Source: a virus. From it: a DNA stretch of 64,000 nucleotides. Positions 1 to 10,083 of the stretch are shown piece after piece. Every line of letters begins with the position of its first letter. The stretch's first letter is position 1. The position numbers and the translations under genes are program-made. The notes under the pieces were generated by a model. The model was not told where the DNA came from and made no database searches. It saw only the letters and a program-made list of their open reading frames with translations. The DNA lies in IMG/VR virus record IMGVR_UViG_3300042446_000499, positions 8,489 to 72,488 of that record. One strand, given 5' to 3'.

Positions 1-1
1 G

Positions 2-955
2 TTCTCACCTAAGTGGGCAGAAGGTCCTGAGTGGGACCCTGTTAACCAAGGTCCTGCAATTAAGTTGCCTAAAGTTACTGTTAAACAGTCGGTGTCTACT
101 TGGAAGAAATGTGTTGTTCTTCCTGACATCCAGGCTGGGTTCTTTCGTAATGCAAATGGAGAACTGGTCAGTACCCACGACCCAGTTGCAATGGACTACG
201 CACTTGCAGTTATCAAGGCAGAAAAGCCTGACATCGTAGCCCTCAACGGAGATAACGCTGACCTTCCAGAGATGTCAAAGTATCGGTTGAGTCCTGCGTT
301 CTCTATGACTACCCAAGCAACAATTGATTACCTAACCACGTTGTGCGCCCAAATCAGAGATGCGGCTCCTTATGCTCGTATTATCTGGATGGAAGGTAAC
401 CATGAGATTCGTCTTACGAACTACATCATTGACAATGCTAAAGCCGCATTTGGGTTGAAGCAGGGTAATACCCCTACCTCCTTCCCAGTGCTCTCTATTC
501 CCTTCCTGTGCCGTTTTGAGGACTTTGGGGTGGAGTACTTCGCTGGATACCCAGCCAGCCAGTTTTGGCTAAACAACCGCATCAAGATTATCCATGGAAC
601 CAAGGTGGCTTCGGGTGGCTCTACCGCCCATAAGTACCTAGGCACAGAAAAGTCATCTGTGGTCTATGGTCATATTCACCGCCGTGAGTGGGCTGAGCGC
701 ACCCGTAGCGACTGGGATGGTCCAAAGACCATTGCCGCCATCTCCTTTGGCTGTCTAGCCCGTGTGGACGGTATGGTGCCATCTACCAAGGGTGGCATGG
801 ACCTAGATGGTCGCCCAATCACCTGCGTAGAGGATTGGCAACAGGGGCTTGGGATTATTTACTACCAAGAGGGTGATGGTGCTTTCCACCCCGAAATGCT
901 TCCAATCCATGACGGAACCATGTTTTATAAGGGCAAGTTACTAGGTGTAGAATAG
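2..955 (+). CDS. Calcineurin-like metallophosphoesterase (5' end probably outside the window)
   Basis: Motifs D-x-Q (LPDIQ), GD-x-x-D (NGDNAD), GNHE, HG and GHxH (YGHIHR). The frame is open from position 2, upstream of the TTG at 65. Confidence 0.8.
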   Translation, partial: FSPKWAEGPEWDPVNQGPAIKLPKVTVKQSVSTWKKCVVLPDIQAGFFRNANGELVSTHDPVAMDYALAVIKAEKPDIVALNGDNADLPEMSKYRLSPAFSMTTQATIDYLTTLCAQIRDAAPYARIIWMEGNHEIRLTNYIIDNAKAAFGLKQGNTPTSFPVLSIPFLCRFEDFGVEYFAGYPASQFWLNNRIKIIHGTKVASGGSTAHKYLGTEKSSVVYGHIHRREWAERTRSDWDGPKTIAAISFGCLARVDGMVPSTKGGMDLDGRPITCVEDWQQGLGIIYYQEGDGAFHPEMLPIHDGTMFYKGKLLGVE

Positions 956-959
956 CCAA

Positions 960-1256
960 ATGGAACTTTTACCCGACTTCAAGAAATTCGTAGAATCTGT
1001 ATTCGGGAAGAAGAACCCTACTAAACCTCCGCTTGTTGAGGTCCTTTGGTTAGACGCTTCCGACATTGAAAATGGTTGGTTTGGTCATGAAGAAATTCAA
1101 AAGGCTAAACCAGCAAAATCACTTTCAGTTGGTTATCTCATGCACAAAGATGCTGAGTGCATCAAGTTAGTGTCACTCATTAATGACACACATGCTGGAA
1201 ATGGAATTATGATTCCTGCGGGCATGGTAAAGAAGATTAATTACTTACACCGCTAA
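960..1256 (+). CDS. Hypothetical phage protein
   Basis: 98-aa ORF in the operon with a V-x-W-x-DA...GY pattern common in small phage proteins. Confidence 0.6.
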   Translation: MELLPDFKKFVESVFGKKNPTKPPLVEVLWLDASDIENGWFGHEEIQKAKPAKSLSVGYLMHKDAECIKLVSLINDTHAGNGIMIPAGMVKKINYLHR

Positions 1257-1297
1257 ACGTAGTATCATTGGGGTATCCCCTTCTATCAGGAGCATTC

Positions 1298-1600
1298 ATG
1301 GCTACAAAGAACCAGCAAGTCGCAGACCAGACTCTCAAGGGAGCAGTCGTTGGCGCTCTCTCTTATTTCCTTGCTAAGGCAAACATTGACCCAGGCGCAC
1401 AAGCCGCAATCATGCCACTTGTTATCACTGGTCTTGCATATGCAAGCACACTTGTTGGTGACAAGGGAACGGCTAACTTCCTTACTAAGGCATCTGTAGA
1501 ACTTCCTAAAATTGTTGAAGAAGTTACTGCTGAAGTAGCAAAGAAAAAAGCACCTGCTAAAAAAGCACCTGCTAAAAAAACTACTGCTCCAAAAGCCTGA
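1298..1600 (+). CDS. Small membrane protein (holin-like) with PAKK-repeat tail
   Basis: AGGAG RBS before ATG 1298, two hydrophobic segments, C-terminal KKAPAKKAPAKK. Confidence 0.5.
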   Translation: MATKNQQVADQTLKGAVVGALSYFLAKANIDPGAQAAIMPLVITGLAYASTLVGDKGTANFLTKASVELPKIVEEVTAEVAKKKAPAKKAPAKKTTAPKA

Positions 1601-1641
1601 AGTAAATAACTACCAGTACTTGGTGGTAAGGTGTATGCAAC

Positions 1642-3333
1642 ATGGCAGTTGATTTTTGGTCCCCATCCTACAGAGCGTCTTCTAGCGACCTCACCGTTGC
1701 GATTTCTCCACTTGGTTTGGTGGAACTTGCAGACGAAGAGTTTGAAGTACATGGTCCACGCCTAAACCGCTACGCATCTGCATGGGCTTGGTACCTTGGT
1801 CACCACTGGTCTTACCGCCGTGAAATGGGTGAATCACAGTTCTACATGAACTATGTCCGTACGATGTCGGACTACATCACTAACTTTTGTTTTGGTAAAG
1901 GAATTCAATTCCGTTGTCCAGAGCAAAATGCCGCTATTATCCCCAGCCTTTTGCATGAAGTGTGGGATATGCATAACAACAAGCATTACGTTTTGTGGGA
2001 ACTAGGACAACTTGCGTCGGTTACAGGAGATGCTTTTGTTAAAATTGCTTATGAAGAGCCATTTGTAGACTCTGTGGGTATCCCACATCCTGGTCGTATT
2101 CGTGTTGTTCCACTGAACCCAGCGCATTGCTTTCCTGAGTATCACCCCCATGACCGTGACCGTCTTCTTCGCTTCAAGTTAAAGTACCGTTTTTGGGGTA
2201 CATCTCCTGAAGGTACTCGTCAGGTTTACACTTTTACAGAAATCCTTTCTGATGACCTTGTACAGCAATTCATCAACGATGAATTAGTGGATGAGTATCC
2301 AAATGCACTTGGAACAATCCCAATCGTTCACATTCCTAATGTGACCATTTCGTCGTCGCCTTGGGGTCAATCAGACATTTGGGACATCATCCCACTTAAT
2401 CGTGAACTTAACGAAAAGATGGTTGAAGTTTCTGACATCATCAACTACCACGCCGCCCCCGTAACAATCATTACTGGTGCTAAGGCTTCCCAGTTGGAGC
2501 GTGGACCCAAGAAGGTTTGGGCGGGTCTTCCTAAAGATGCCAGCGTATTTAACCTTGAATCACGTGGCGAGATGTCTGGTGCACTGGAATACATCCAAGT
2601 AATTAAGCGCACTATGCATGAGATTACTGGTGTGCCTGAAACGGCACTTGGTCAAATGCAACCAATTTCTAATACCTCTGGCGTTGCTTTGGCTATCCAG
2701 TATCAGCCAATGATGAACCGCTTTAACATGAAGAAGATTCACTTCACTAAGGGTCTTGAGCGGATTAATGAAATCATTATCCGTACTGCGGCTGTATTTG
2801 AACCACAGATGTTGTTGTTTGATGGTTCTAAATCAGCAATGCCTGAGCCAGACCAACTAACACAGTTGGACCCACTTGACCCTCTGACTTATCACACTAC
2901 TGTGCACTGGCCTGAGCCACTGCCAGTTGACGTTCTCATTAAACTCAACGAAGTCCAAGCCAAGATGCAACTTGGGCTGGAGTCTAAGCGTGGCGCTCTT
3001 CGCATTCTTGGCGAAGAATTCCCCAACGAAAAGATGGCAGAAATCTTTGAAGAACTGCAAGATGACGCCCTTGACCAAGGTGCTTTAGACATGATGCGAG
3101 CACAAATTCAACAAGCCATTATGATGGCAACTGGCATGGTTTCTGGTGAATCAGGTGTTGAGCCAGCCTCTGCTGGAGGTGCTAATGTATCTACAACAGG
3201 TGCGGAAGCATCTGCCCCCCTCCCTGGGGTCGGTGCCGCTATCGGCATTGAAGGGGAACTCGTAAATAAAATTGTAAGTAAGGCTTACGGTGCAAGGTTC
3301 GCCCAGCGTCGTAATCCTGACGAAGATAACTAA
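1642..3333 (+). CDS. Portal protein (SPP1 gp6-like)
   Basis: 563 aa with the GTIPIVHIPN...WGQSDI..IIPLNRELN and SGVAL motifs typical of SPP1-type portals. First gene of the head cluster. Confidence 0.85.
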   Translation: MAVDFWSPSYRASSSDLTVAISPLGLVELADEEFEVHGPRLNRYASAWAWYLGHHWSYRREMGESQFYMNYVRTMSDYITNFCFGKGIQFRCPEQNAAIIPSLLHEVWDMHNNKHYVLWELGQLASVTGDAFVKIAYEEPFVDSVGIPHPGRIRVVPLNPAHCFPEYHPHDRDRLLRFKLKYRFWGTSPEGTRQVYTFTEILSDDLVQQFINDELVDEYPNALGTIPIVHIPNVTISSSPWGQSDIWDIIPLNRELNEKMVEVSDIINYHAAPVTIITGAKASQLERGPKKVWAGLPKDASVFNLESRGEMSGALEYIQVIKRTMHEITGVPETALGQMQPISNTSGVALAIQYQPMMNRFNMKKIHFTKGLERINEIIIRTAAVFEPQMLLFDGSKSAMPEPDQLTQLDPLDPLTYHTTVHWPEPLPVDVLIKLNEVQAKMQLGLESKRGALRILGEEFPNEKMAEIFEELQDDALDQGALDMMRAQIQQAIMMATGMVSGESGVEPASAGGANVSTTGAEASAPLPGVGAAIGIEGELVNKIVSKAYGARFAQRRNPDEDN

Positions 3334-3386
3334 ACGTTTCACAACATAAGTTCCAATTAGCCAAACAAACAAGGTAGGTAACCACT

Positions 3387-4196
3387 ATGGCAAAGAACCC
3401 TAATATCCCCGAAGGGGACATCATTACAGTCCCAGTTGACTCCCCCCAAGTGGAGCAATTTGTAGAGGATGCAATGAAAAAAAGCAATTCCAAACTCTTT
3501 TCTGAGGATGAAGTAGAAGGCATCCGTAAGCAGGAAAAAGACAAGATGTACAAGCGTCTTGAAGAAGCCGATACACGAGTAAAGGCAATGGAAGAGCAAC
3601 TTGGTATTATCACGACTGAACGTGAAAAAGCCATGGAAGAAGCAGAGAAACGTGCCGCTAAAGAATCAGAACTTATCCGTGAGCGTGAAACTTCTGAACT
3701 AAGTGCAAAAGAACTCCTTCTAAAGCGTGAAGACGAATTCAACGTAAAGTTGTCTCAGATTGAGCAAGATTACAAAAAGCGTTTTGACGAGATTGAACAC
3801 CAGCGTTCTCAGCAAGAAGCACTGCTTGAAAAAGAACGTGAAATGCAGGCTTTGCAGTCATATCGCAGTCGTCGTTTGAACGAAGAGCAAGAAGCAATCA
3901 TTCCAGAACTTATTGACCTCATTGCTGGAAACAGTCAAGAGGAAATAGAAAACTCAATCGCTGTGCTTCGTACACGAAGTAGTGCTATTATTGAGTCAAT
4001 CCAACAAGCAACTCAGCAACAGCAGGGTCGCTTGAGGGGAGTGCCTCCAACGGCACCTCCCGTTGGGCCAATGGAGAATCAAACGGAATACCAAACGCTT
4101 ACAGCCGAAGATATTCGGAATATGCCAATGGAACAGTATGCAAAGATGCGTGAACGGCTCATGAATGCCACCCCCTCTCGTAGGGGTCGGTACTAA
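3387..4196 (+). CDS. Capsid scaffolding protein
   Basis: E/K/R/Q-rich coiled coil between portal and capsid, ending in a typical scaffold helix (IRNMPMEQYAKMRERL). Confidence 0.8.
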   Translation: MAKNPNIPEGDIITVPVDSPQVEQFVEDAMKKSNSKLFSEDEVEGIRKQEKDKMYKRLEEADTRVKAMEEQLGIITTEREKAMEEAEKRAAKESELIRERETSELSAKELLLKREDEFNVKLSQIEQDYKKRFDEIEHQRSQQEALLEKEREMQALQSYRSRRLNEEQEAIIPELIDLIAGNSQEEIENSIAVLRTRSSAIIESIQQATQQQQGRLRGVPPTAPPVGPMENQTEYQTLTAEDIRNMPMEQYAKMRERLMNATPSRRGRY

Positions 4197-4229
4197 CTTA
4201 TAACAAATATTATCCTAGGAGGATAAACA

Positions 4230-5318
4230 ATGGCCCTTCCAGCCCCACTTGGTGGAGCAATTACAGGAGCAGGTCTTGGTGCAATTACCACCACAGGCTA
4301 CTCAAGTGATTCAACACTTTCCCCAGCAATCCAGACAATTTGGTCCAAAGAAATCTTGTTCCAAGCAATGCCAGTACTTCGTTTTGAGCAGTTTGCAGTT
4401 AAGAAGACAGAACTTGGTGTTATGCCAGGTCTCACAATTAACTTCATGCGCTACAACAACCTTTCGGTTAACGAGCAAACAGGCGCACAGTTGGTTGAAG
4501 GCGTTCGCATGGAGCCAGTGGCTCTCTCTGCTAGCCAGATTCAAATCACTGTTAAAGAACAAGGTCAAGCAACTGCTGTAACCGAATTGCTTCTTAACGC
4601 ATCATTTGATGACGTTATGGCTTCGGCTTCACGTCTCCTTGGTCGTCACATGGCTCAGTCAATGGACGCCCAGGCACGTAACACGCTTTACTCTGCTGGT
4701 ATCCCATTTGGTGGCGGTTCCGCTGTTGCTCCAAACGTTGTGTTTGGTCGTACAGCCGCTACTACCCGTGGTGCTATCTCGCCTTATGATGCAGGTACTC
4801 TTGGTGCTTCTGCTTCTCCTGGCTACATGTCACCTGCTTCCATCAAGGACGCAGTTGAAGTACTTGCTGGACAGAACATTCCTCGCCTTGGTGATACTTA
4901 CGTATGTTTCGTTCACCCTTCACAGAGCCGTTCAATCCGTGACTGGCCTGAATTCATTGAAGTAACAAAGTATGCCGCTCCAGGTAACTTCATGCTTGGT
5001 GAAATTGGTCGTCTCTATGACGTAGTATTCATTGAAACCACACAGGTCTTGAAGACTTCATCGCTTGGTTCAGGCGTTGTTGACATCAACACAGCATCTG
5101 CTGGCGCTCAAGAGCCTTCGGCTGACTCATACTCAGCCATCATGATTGGTGACAACGCCTTCGGACAAGCCATTGCATTGCCAGTGGAACTCCGTGACGG
5201 TGGCGTCATTGACTTTGGTCGTGAGCATGGACTTGCTTGGTACGCAATCTGGGGCTTCGGTGTCATCACCGCAGAATCCCGTGTACTTATCAACACCCTC
5301 GGTGGCGCAATCTCCTGA
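4230..5318 (+). CDS. Major capsid protein (N4-gp56-like, HK97 fold)
   Basis: Strong RBS (AGGAGG), 362 aa, motifs IQTIWSKEILFQAMP, YVCFVHP and GEIGRLYDVVFIET. Follows the scaffold gene. Confidence 0.9.
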   Translation: MALPAPLGGAITGAGLGAITTTGYSSDSTLSPAIQTIWSKEILFQAMPVLRFEQFAVKKTELGVMPGLTINFMRYNNLSVNEQTGAQLVEGVRMEPVALSASQIQITVKEQGQATAVTELLLNASFDDVMASASRLLGRHMAQSMDAQARNTLYSAGIPFGGGSAVAPNVVFGRTAATTRGAISPYDAGTLGASASPGYMSPASIKDAVEVLAGQNIPRLGDTYVCFVHPSQSRSIRDWPEFIEVTKYAAPGNFMLGEIGRLYDVVFIETTQVLKTSSLGSGVVDINTASAGAQEPSADSYSAIMIGDNAFGQAIALPVELRDGGVIDFGREHGLAWYAIWGFGVITAESRVLINTLGGAIS

Positions 5319-5335
5319 TAAAGGAGTGAGCAATT

Positions 5336-5361
5336 GGTGGGGGACGCAAGTCCCCCACTTT
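5336..5361 (+). terminator. Intrinsic terminator or stabilising hairpin after the capsid gene
   Basis: GGTGGGGGAC-GCAA-GTCCCCCACT stem with a GNRA loop, followed by a short T run. Confidence 0.6.
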
Positions 5362-5393
5362 CACCAAAACCCCAACTACAAAAAGGACCCCAC

Positions 5394-5630
5394 GTGTCAA
5401 CTACTCGTAAGACAAATGTATTTGCAGAACCTATCTCTGATGAAGAAGAAGTTATTGCAACTCCTGCACCGTCAACAAACCCTGACCTCAAGCGTTCACG
5501 CATCAAAGGTACATGGGCTATGTACTGGGCTGGCAAGACTTATAATTTTGAGGATGGCAAAACATATACCATCCCCGTTGGTCTTTTTGAACACTTAAAG
5601 GCACACGGAAACATCTACGACACTCTCTGA
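5394..5630 (+). CDS. Small virion-associated protein
   Basis: AAGGA RBS then GTG 5394, in frame with the track ORF 5334..5630. Lies directly after the capsid gene. Confidence 0.6.
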   Translation: MSTTRKTNVFAEPISDEEEVIATPAPSTNPDLKRSRIKGTWAMYWAGKTYNFEDGKTYTIPVGLFEHLKAHGNIYDTL

Positions 5631-5638
5631 GGTAACTA

Positions 5639-6466
5639 ATGGGTTTCCAAATCCCGAACGCTCCACTTGCTTCTGTAATTGACCAGTCTGAGCCTGATAG
5701 TGGAGACTTCCAAGCCCTCGGTGACCGTAAGACTGGTGTTATTTCTGGTTGCTTAGTTGCCGCCAACTCAACCCCTGACCAAACTGTTACTGTCGCTAAT
5801 GGTGAAGTAATTTCTAATGGAGTATTTCGTACTCTCGTTGCAGGTAGTGGTACCACAACTTCTTTGTCATTAGGTCAAGGAACCGCAGGCGCCGCTCGTT
5901 TTGATATTGTTGTAATTAACTCAACAGGAACTTTAACTGCTCGTACAGGTACTGCTGGGTCTAACCCAACCTTTCCAACTCTAGAAGATGGTGATGTCTT
6001 TCTAGCCGCTGTTTATCGTGCCTCTGGTACTTCTGACATTATCTCAAGTACTCGTATTATTGATAAAAGAGTTATTACTCCAAGTAGCATGGTGCGTTCA
6101 GGAGCACTTACTGCTCCAAACCCACCTTCAAGCACTTTGGGCAATGTTGGTGACATCTTTGTTAACACATCAGTGTCTTCTTCTACTGGTCAATCTCAGG
6201 TATACCTTAAAACTACTTCTTCTCTATGGGAAAACCTTGCTGAGTATTACCCAATTGCTACTGCAAACACTGTTAACACCCTTGTTCAACGTGACGGTAG
6301 TGGTAACTTCTCTGCTGGAACTATTACAGCAAACCTTACTGGTACAGCCACGGCTGCTCCATGGACAGGTATTACAGGCAGACCAACTGTTGGAAACGTT
6401 ACTGTAGGAACTTCTGCAACACCAAGCGGTGGCGCTGCTGGTGACATTTACATCCAGGTAGCGTAA
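5639..6466 (+). CDS. Virion structural protein (fibre/decoration-like)
   Basis: G/S/T-rich beta-type sequence with NTLVQRDGSGNFSAGTITA and GDIYIQV motifs seen in phage fibre proteins. Confidence 0.6.
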   Translation: MGFQIPNAPLASVIDQSEPDSGDFQALGDRKTGVISGCLVAANSTPDQTVTVANGEVISNGVFRTLVAGSGTTTSLSLGQGTAGAARFDIVVINSTGTLTARTGTAGSNPTFPTLEDGDVFLAAVYRASGTSDIISSTRIIDKRVITPSSMVRSGALTAPNPPSSTLGNVGDIFVNTSVSSSTGQSQVYLKTTSSLWENLAEYYPIATANTVNTLVQRDGSGNFSAGTITANLTGTATAAPWTGITGRPTVGNVTVGTSATPSGGAAGDIYIQVA

Positions 6467-7551
6467 TGCCTAGCAGTAATAGCCATACACCTAAAGGGTG
6501 GGCTACTGGCGCTGGTGGGTTTACTTCTTGGGTAAACGTTAAGGTTTATCAAAGCGGTTGGCAAAACGCTAAAAAAGTGTTTCGTTGTATTTCTCCAGGT
6601 GTTTGGACAGAGGTTTGGAGCAACCGACCAGTAGTCACTACTGCCGCAGGTACATCATCTGCATTTGACAGAATTACTGCCAACGGTGCAGTTAACCCTA
6701 ACAACTTTTCTGCTACCCCTCGTTTTTACTACAAAAAGAATGCAGATGGTGCGTACACCGCAGGCACAGAACTTACTGCTCTTACGGGTGCTACATCCCA
6801 AGATGTAACATCTACTATTACTGGATTAGTGGAAAACACTACATACAATTATTACTTATCAGCAACAAACTCCGCAGGTACTAGTGATATCCCAACGGTT
6901 AGAAACGTTACAACGCCTTTAGATTGTCGTACTGTTGCCAATGGTGGCACAGGATGGGGTTCGTCTTCTTCAAGTGTTGGTGCACTTTGTGGAACATGTG
7001 GAAGTAAGACAGTTACTACAACAACTTACACAAAAAGTGGATGCGAACCCACCTCTCCATATAACGTAGTTTCTGAGACTACTTGTACAGAAGATGCGTG
7101 TGGGTGTAAAACGGCTGGTACTAATGGCTGGACCAACAAAGCACAAGAAACACGAGTAGTCCACTGTGGTAGTTACTGCAATGGTCAAAACCAATACCGC
7201 CAAGTTATAGAAAAAGCAGGATGTACGGACCATGTTGCTACCGATTGGACCAACACAGGTGAATGTACTGACCGAGTAACTTCACAAAATGCCAATAATT
7301 TACCAAATGGGTGGGTAATGTGGATGGAAAGATACGGATACGGACAAGCAGATAACAGAAAAGTAGTTGTTTACCCAAGCAGTAGGCAACCTTTTAGCCC
7401 GTATAACTATGTTTTTGGAGATGACACGTACTGTTACAGTTGTTTTCTTCCTTATGGAGGTTGTAACTATGGGGTTACATATAGTGTGGTTTTGTGTCCA
7501 ATAACATCTGCTTACTATTGGGTAGATTCAAGTTGTACGGCAGATTTGTAA
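6466..7551 (+). CDS. Fibre/adhesin with a fibronectin type III domain and Cys-rich repeats
   Basis: FN3 signature (ITGLVENTTYNYYLSATNSAG) followed by two W...C..C...K.GC repeats and a Cys/Tyr-rich C-terminus. Confidence 0.6.
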   Translation: MPSSNSHTPKGWATGAGGFTSWVNVKVYQSGWQNAKKVFRCISPGVWTEVWSNRPVVTTAAGTSSAFDRITANGAVNPNNFSATPRFYYKKNADGAYTAGTELTALTGATSQDVTSTITGLVENTTYNYYLSATNSAGTSDIPTVRNVTTPLDCRTVANGGTGWGSSSSSVGALCGTCGSKTVTTTTYTKSGCEPTSPYNVVSETTCTEDACGCKTAGTNGWTNKAQETRVVHCGSYCNGQNQYRQVIEKAGCTDHVATDWTNTGECTDRVTSQNANNLPNGWVMWMERYGYGQADNRKVVVYPSSRQPFSPYNYVFGDDTYCYSCFLPYGGCNYGVTYSVVLCPITSAYYWVDSSCTADL

Positions 7552-7586
7552 TAACTAAAAGTAATAAAAACTTAAAGGATTATTAA

Positions 7587-7850
7587 ATGGATTATATTGT
7601 TGTTGTTGTTGAAGGTGATGTTGCTTTTAGCATCCCTATTCCAAAAGAAGGAAACATGCGTGAACTAATGGTTTCTGCATACTTTTCAAACCCTACGTTT
7701 GTTTTACATGATAAAGATTTAGTGTATGGGTCTGAGTGGGACGGAAAAGAATTTACAACAGTCGTAGAAAGACCCGTATACACGGGACCCATTGGCAGTG
7801 TTGGTGACACTTGGGACGGGGAAAAATTTATACCTAAGGGGAAACAATGA
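7587..7850 (+). CDS. Fibre-associated small protein
   Basis: Duplicated GxxWDGxxF motif (GSEWDGKEF, GDTWDGEKF) typical of genes next to fibres. Confidence 0.5.
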   Translation: MDYIVVVVEGDVAFSIPIPKEGNMRELMVSAYFSNPTFVLHDKDLVYGSEWDGKEFTTVVERPVYTGPIGSVGDTWDGEKFIPKGKQ

Positions 7851-8089
7851 GTTTGTGGCAAGAGTGGAAGGCTAAAAACCTTGCACAGCAAGAACAAGGC
7901 AACGTCTCTCCTTTAGATTTTCTGAACCCTGAAACTGAATATGTAGATGTTGAAACAGCAGATAATCGTTTATCTATATGTGAATCCTGCCCCGAGTTGA
8001 TGACTACCAAACAGTGCTCTCTGTGCTATTGCTTCATGCCTGCTAAAGTTAAATTGTTACATTCTGCGTGTCCAAAGGAGTTATGGTGA
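7847..8089 (+). CDS. Small Cys-rich (zinc-binding) protein
   Basis: R..IC..C...C..C.C......C pattern; ATGA overlap with the upstream gene. Confidence 0.55.
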   Translation: MSLWQEWKAKNLAQQEQGNVSPLDFLNPETEYVDVETADNRLSICESCPELMTTKQCSLCYCFMPAKVKLLHSACPKELW

Positions 8090-8244
8090 CTGATTTAGTA
8101 CGCCCCATATCTACACCTTCTGGCTCTGTGACGGACATTACACGTATTCGTGGGGTAATGACACACCGTTATCGTGAATCTCAACCACAGGTAAATCAAC
8201 CTACTCAAGACACCATTCCAGGCGAAAGTTCAGGAGAGCAGTAA
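8086..8244 (+). CDS. Small hypothetical protein (52 aa, not in the ORF track)
   Basis: AAGGAG RBS, GTGA overlap with the upstream stop, and it fills the gap before 8253. Confidence 0.5.
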   Translation: MTDLVRPISTPSGSVTDITRIRGVMTHRYRESQPQVNQPTQDTIPGESSGEQ

Positions 8245-8252
8245 AATAGAGT

Positions 8253-9056
8253 ATGGCTACTTTAACCCCACTTGAACACACAATGCAGTTGGCACGTACA
8301 TACCTTCGTGACTTCCCTAAATTCTTCCAAGTATCTTTTGATGCTGTTGGTCGTACTTACGAGTTAGGACAAACTAATGTTGACAGTAGTACTTTGTGGA
8401 TTGCTAGCACTACTGGTGCCAGCGCAACTGAACTAACCACTAGTCAGTACAGCATTGATAACCGTAACGGTATATTACGGCTAGCGGCAACTCCAGCAGC
8501 CAATACTAAGATTATGATTGAAGGGTACTACTATGAGTGGATTCTTCCTGAAGACCTTCAGTTTTACTCAGAACGCTCTATCAACTTCCACACCCCTACT
8601 ATCAGTGTTCCACTAGAGCAGGCTAACGCCGCTGTGTTGGACGTAGTGGGTCTAGGAGCGCTTGTGGAGGCTCTACAGGCTCTTATGACAGAATACGCCC
8701 GTGACATTGACATCATGACCTCAGAGTCCGTACACATCCCTGCAAGTGCTCGTTTCCGTATGCTCCAAAGCCTCTGTCAGCAATGGGAAGTTGAATATCG
8801 TAAGCATGCCAATAACCTCAACATTGGTCCTGAGCGTATTGAGCAGTTCAGCCTCCGCCGTGTGTCTCGTACTACTAACCGCTACGTTCCTTTGTTTAAA
8901 GCCAAGGAACTGGGTGACTATGGTCCGATTGAGCGCATCTTTGCTGATGATAGTGAAGGACACATTTTGCTTACTGCTAAAGATGAGCCATTGCGTGAGG
9001 ATGTCTTTATTGACATGGAACCTCCATACGGATACGTGTCTAATACCTTTATCTAA
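8253..9056 (+). CDS. Head-to-tail adaptor/neck protein
   Basis: Position between head and tail genes; ATG 5 nt after TAAAAT. Confidence 0.5.
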   Translation: MATLTPLEHTMQLARTYLRDFPKFFQVSFDAVGRTYELGQTNVDSSTLWIASTTGASATELTTSQYSIDNRNGILRLAATPAANTKIMIEGYYYEWILPEDLQFYSERSINFHTPTISVPLEQANAAVLDVVGLGALVEALQALMTEYARDIDIMTSESVHIPASARFRMLQSLCQQWEVEYRKHANNLNIGPERIEQFSLRRVSRTTNRYVPLFKAKELGDYGPIERIFADDSEGHILLTAKDEPLREDVFIDMEPPYGYVSNTFI

Positions 9057-9592
9057 TGGATGTACGTAGAGAACTAGCCCATATTCGGAAGCACTACCGT
9101 ACTTACCACCGTGAGGTTGGTGAGACGATAACGTGGTTTGAATACCAACCATTTGCCGCATCTGCTAGTGCAGGCTCTACATACGATGATGTCTACGATG
9201 AGGGCGGATACGGTGTATCTGGTCGTAAGTATAAGACTGGTGTAGTAGTTCCTGTCTTGATGGTTACAGAGGCTGAAGACACCAAACGTGCTATCCCTGA
9301 AGGTCGCCAGCCTGTGCAGATTGTCAACCTTGTGGCATCTGTAGAGGATTTCCGTGTTGCAGGTATTACAGACCCCTTTGAGTACAAGCACCACCTTAAT
9401 GACGTGTTCCTTTACGACGGACGCTATATGTCCGTAATGTCCTACAAAGTTCGTGGACGTGCTAGAGATGACGTCCTTATTGTTGTTGAAGGTTTGGAAA
9501 TCTATGTCAGTCAGGAAATGCCTTTTGACACAGGACCTTCTGCTTTTTCCATTCAAAACCTACCTTGGCCTTCAAGGTTGTCTGGTACCTGA
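9056..9592 (+). CDS. Head closure/neck protein
   Basis: Synteny; YDDVYDEG motif; TAATG overlap. Confidence 0.45.
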   Translation: MDVRRELAHIRKHYRTYHREVGETITWFEYQPFAASASAGSTYDDVYDEGGYGVSGRKYKTGVVVPVLMVTEAEDTKRAIPEGRQPVQIVNLVASVEDFRVAGITDPFEYKHHLNDVFLYDGRYMSVMSYKVRGRARDDVLIVVEGLEIYVSQEMPFDTGPSAFSIQNLPWPSRLSGT

Positions 9593-9657
9593 TAAAATGA
9601 ATGTAACCCATACGGTGCTCGTATGGGGGTCCAACGCCTAGAACTCGGGAGTGTGCC

Positions 9658-10083
9658 ATGACTGGCTCTTCTTTAACTCATTCTCCCAACAGTTCTAGTG
9701 GCATTATTACGGGCACATTTGGAGCCATTGAGTATGTGGATAACATGCTTCGTGAGTACGACAAAGTTCTAATGCAAATCTTGCATGGCAGTGCCGCTAA
9801 AGCGCAAACTGACTTACGCAAGCAGGCAAGCCAATCAGATACAGGCTGGGCAGAAATTGCTGACTCCATCTCGGTTGAATACGTCCATGACAACCGTCAG
9901 TTTTCTTACACAATTACTGGTGATGAGGCTACCCAAGAGCAGGCAATGAACTTGGAGTATGGCAACGGTCACCTTGCTCCTACTCCCTTACTTCGTGGAA
10001 GCATCTTGCAACAACAAGATAAGCAGACAGAAGAAATTAATTCAAGCCTACGTAAAACTCTTTTGGAGCACCGTAATGTCTAG
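9658..10083 (+). CDS. Tail completion protein (HK97 gp10-like)
   Basis: LEYG....P.P.LR motif characteristic of HK97 gp10-like proteins. Confidence 0.5.
   Translation: MTGSSLTHSPNSSSGIITGTFGAIEYVDNMLREYDKVLMQILHGSAAKAQTDLRKQASQSDTGWAEIADSISVEYVHDNRQFSYTITGDEATQEQAMNLEYGNGHLAPTPLLRGSILQQQDKQTEEINSSLRKTLLEHRNV

Noticed and set aside
4249-5598. Alternative-frame and antisense ORFs overlapping the capsid and other long genes
   Set aside because: These are shadows of biased codon usage with no RBS or recognisable motifs. The same applies to most nested ORFs in the track.
7260-7551. Diversity-generating retroelement target in the fibre C-terminus
   Set aside because: No reverse transcriptase and no template repeat copy is visible in the window.
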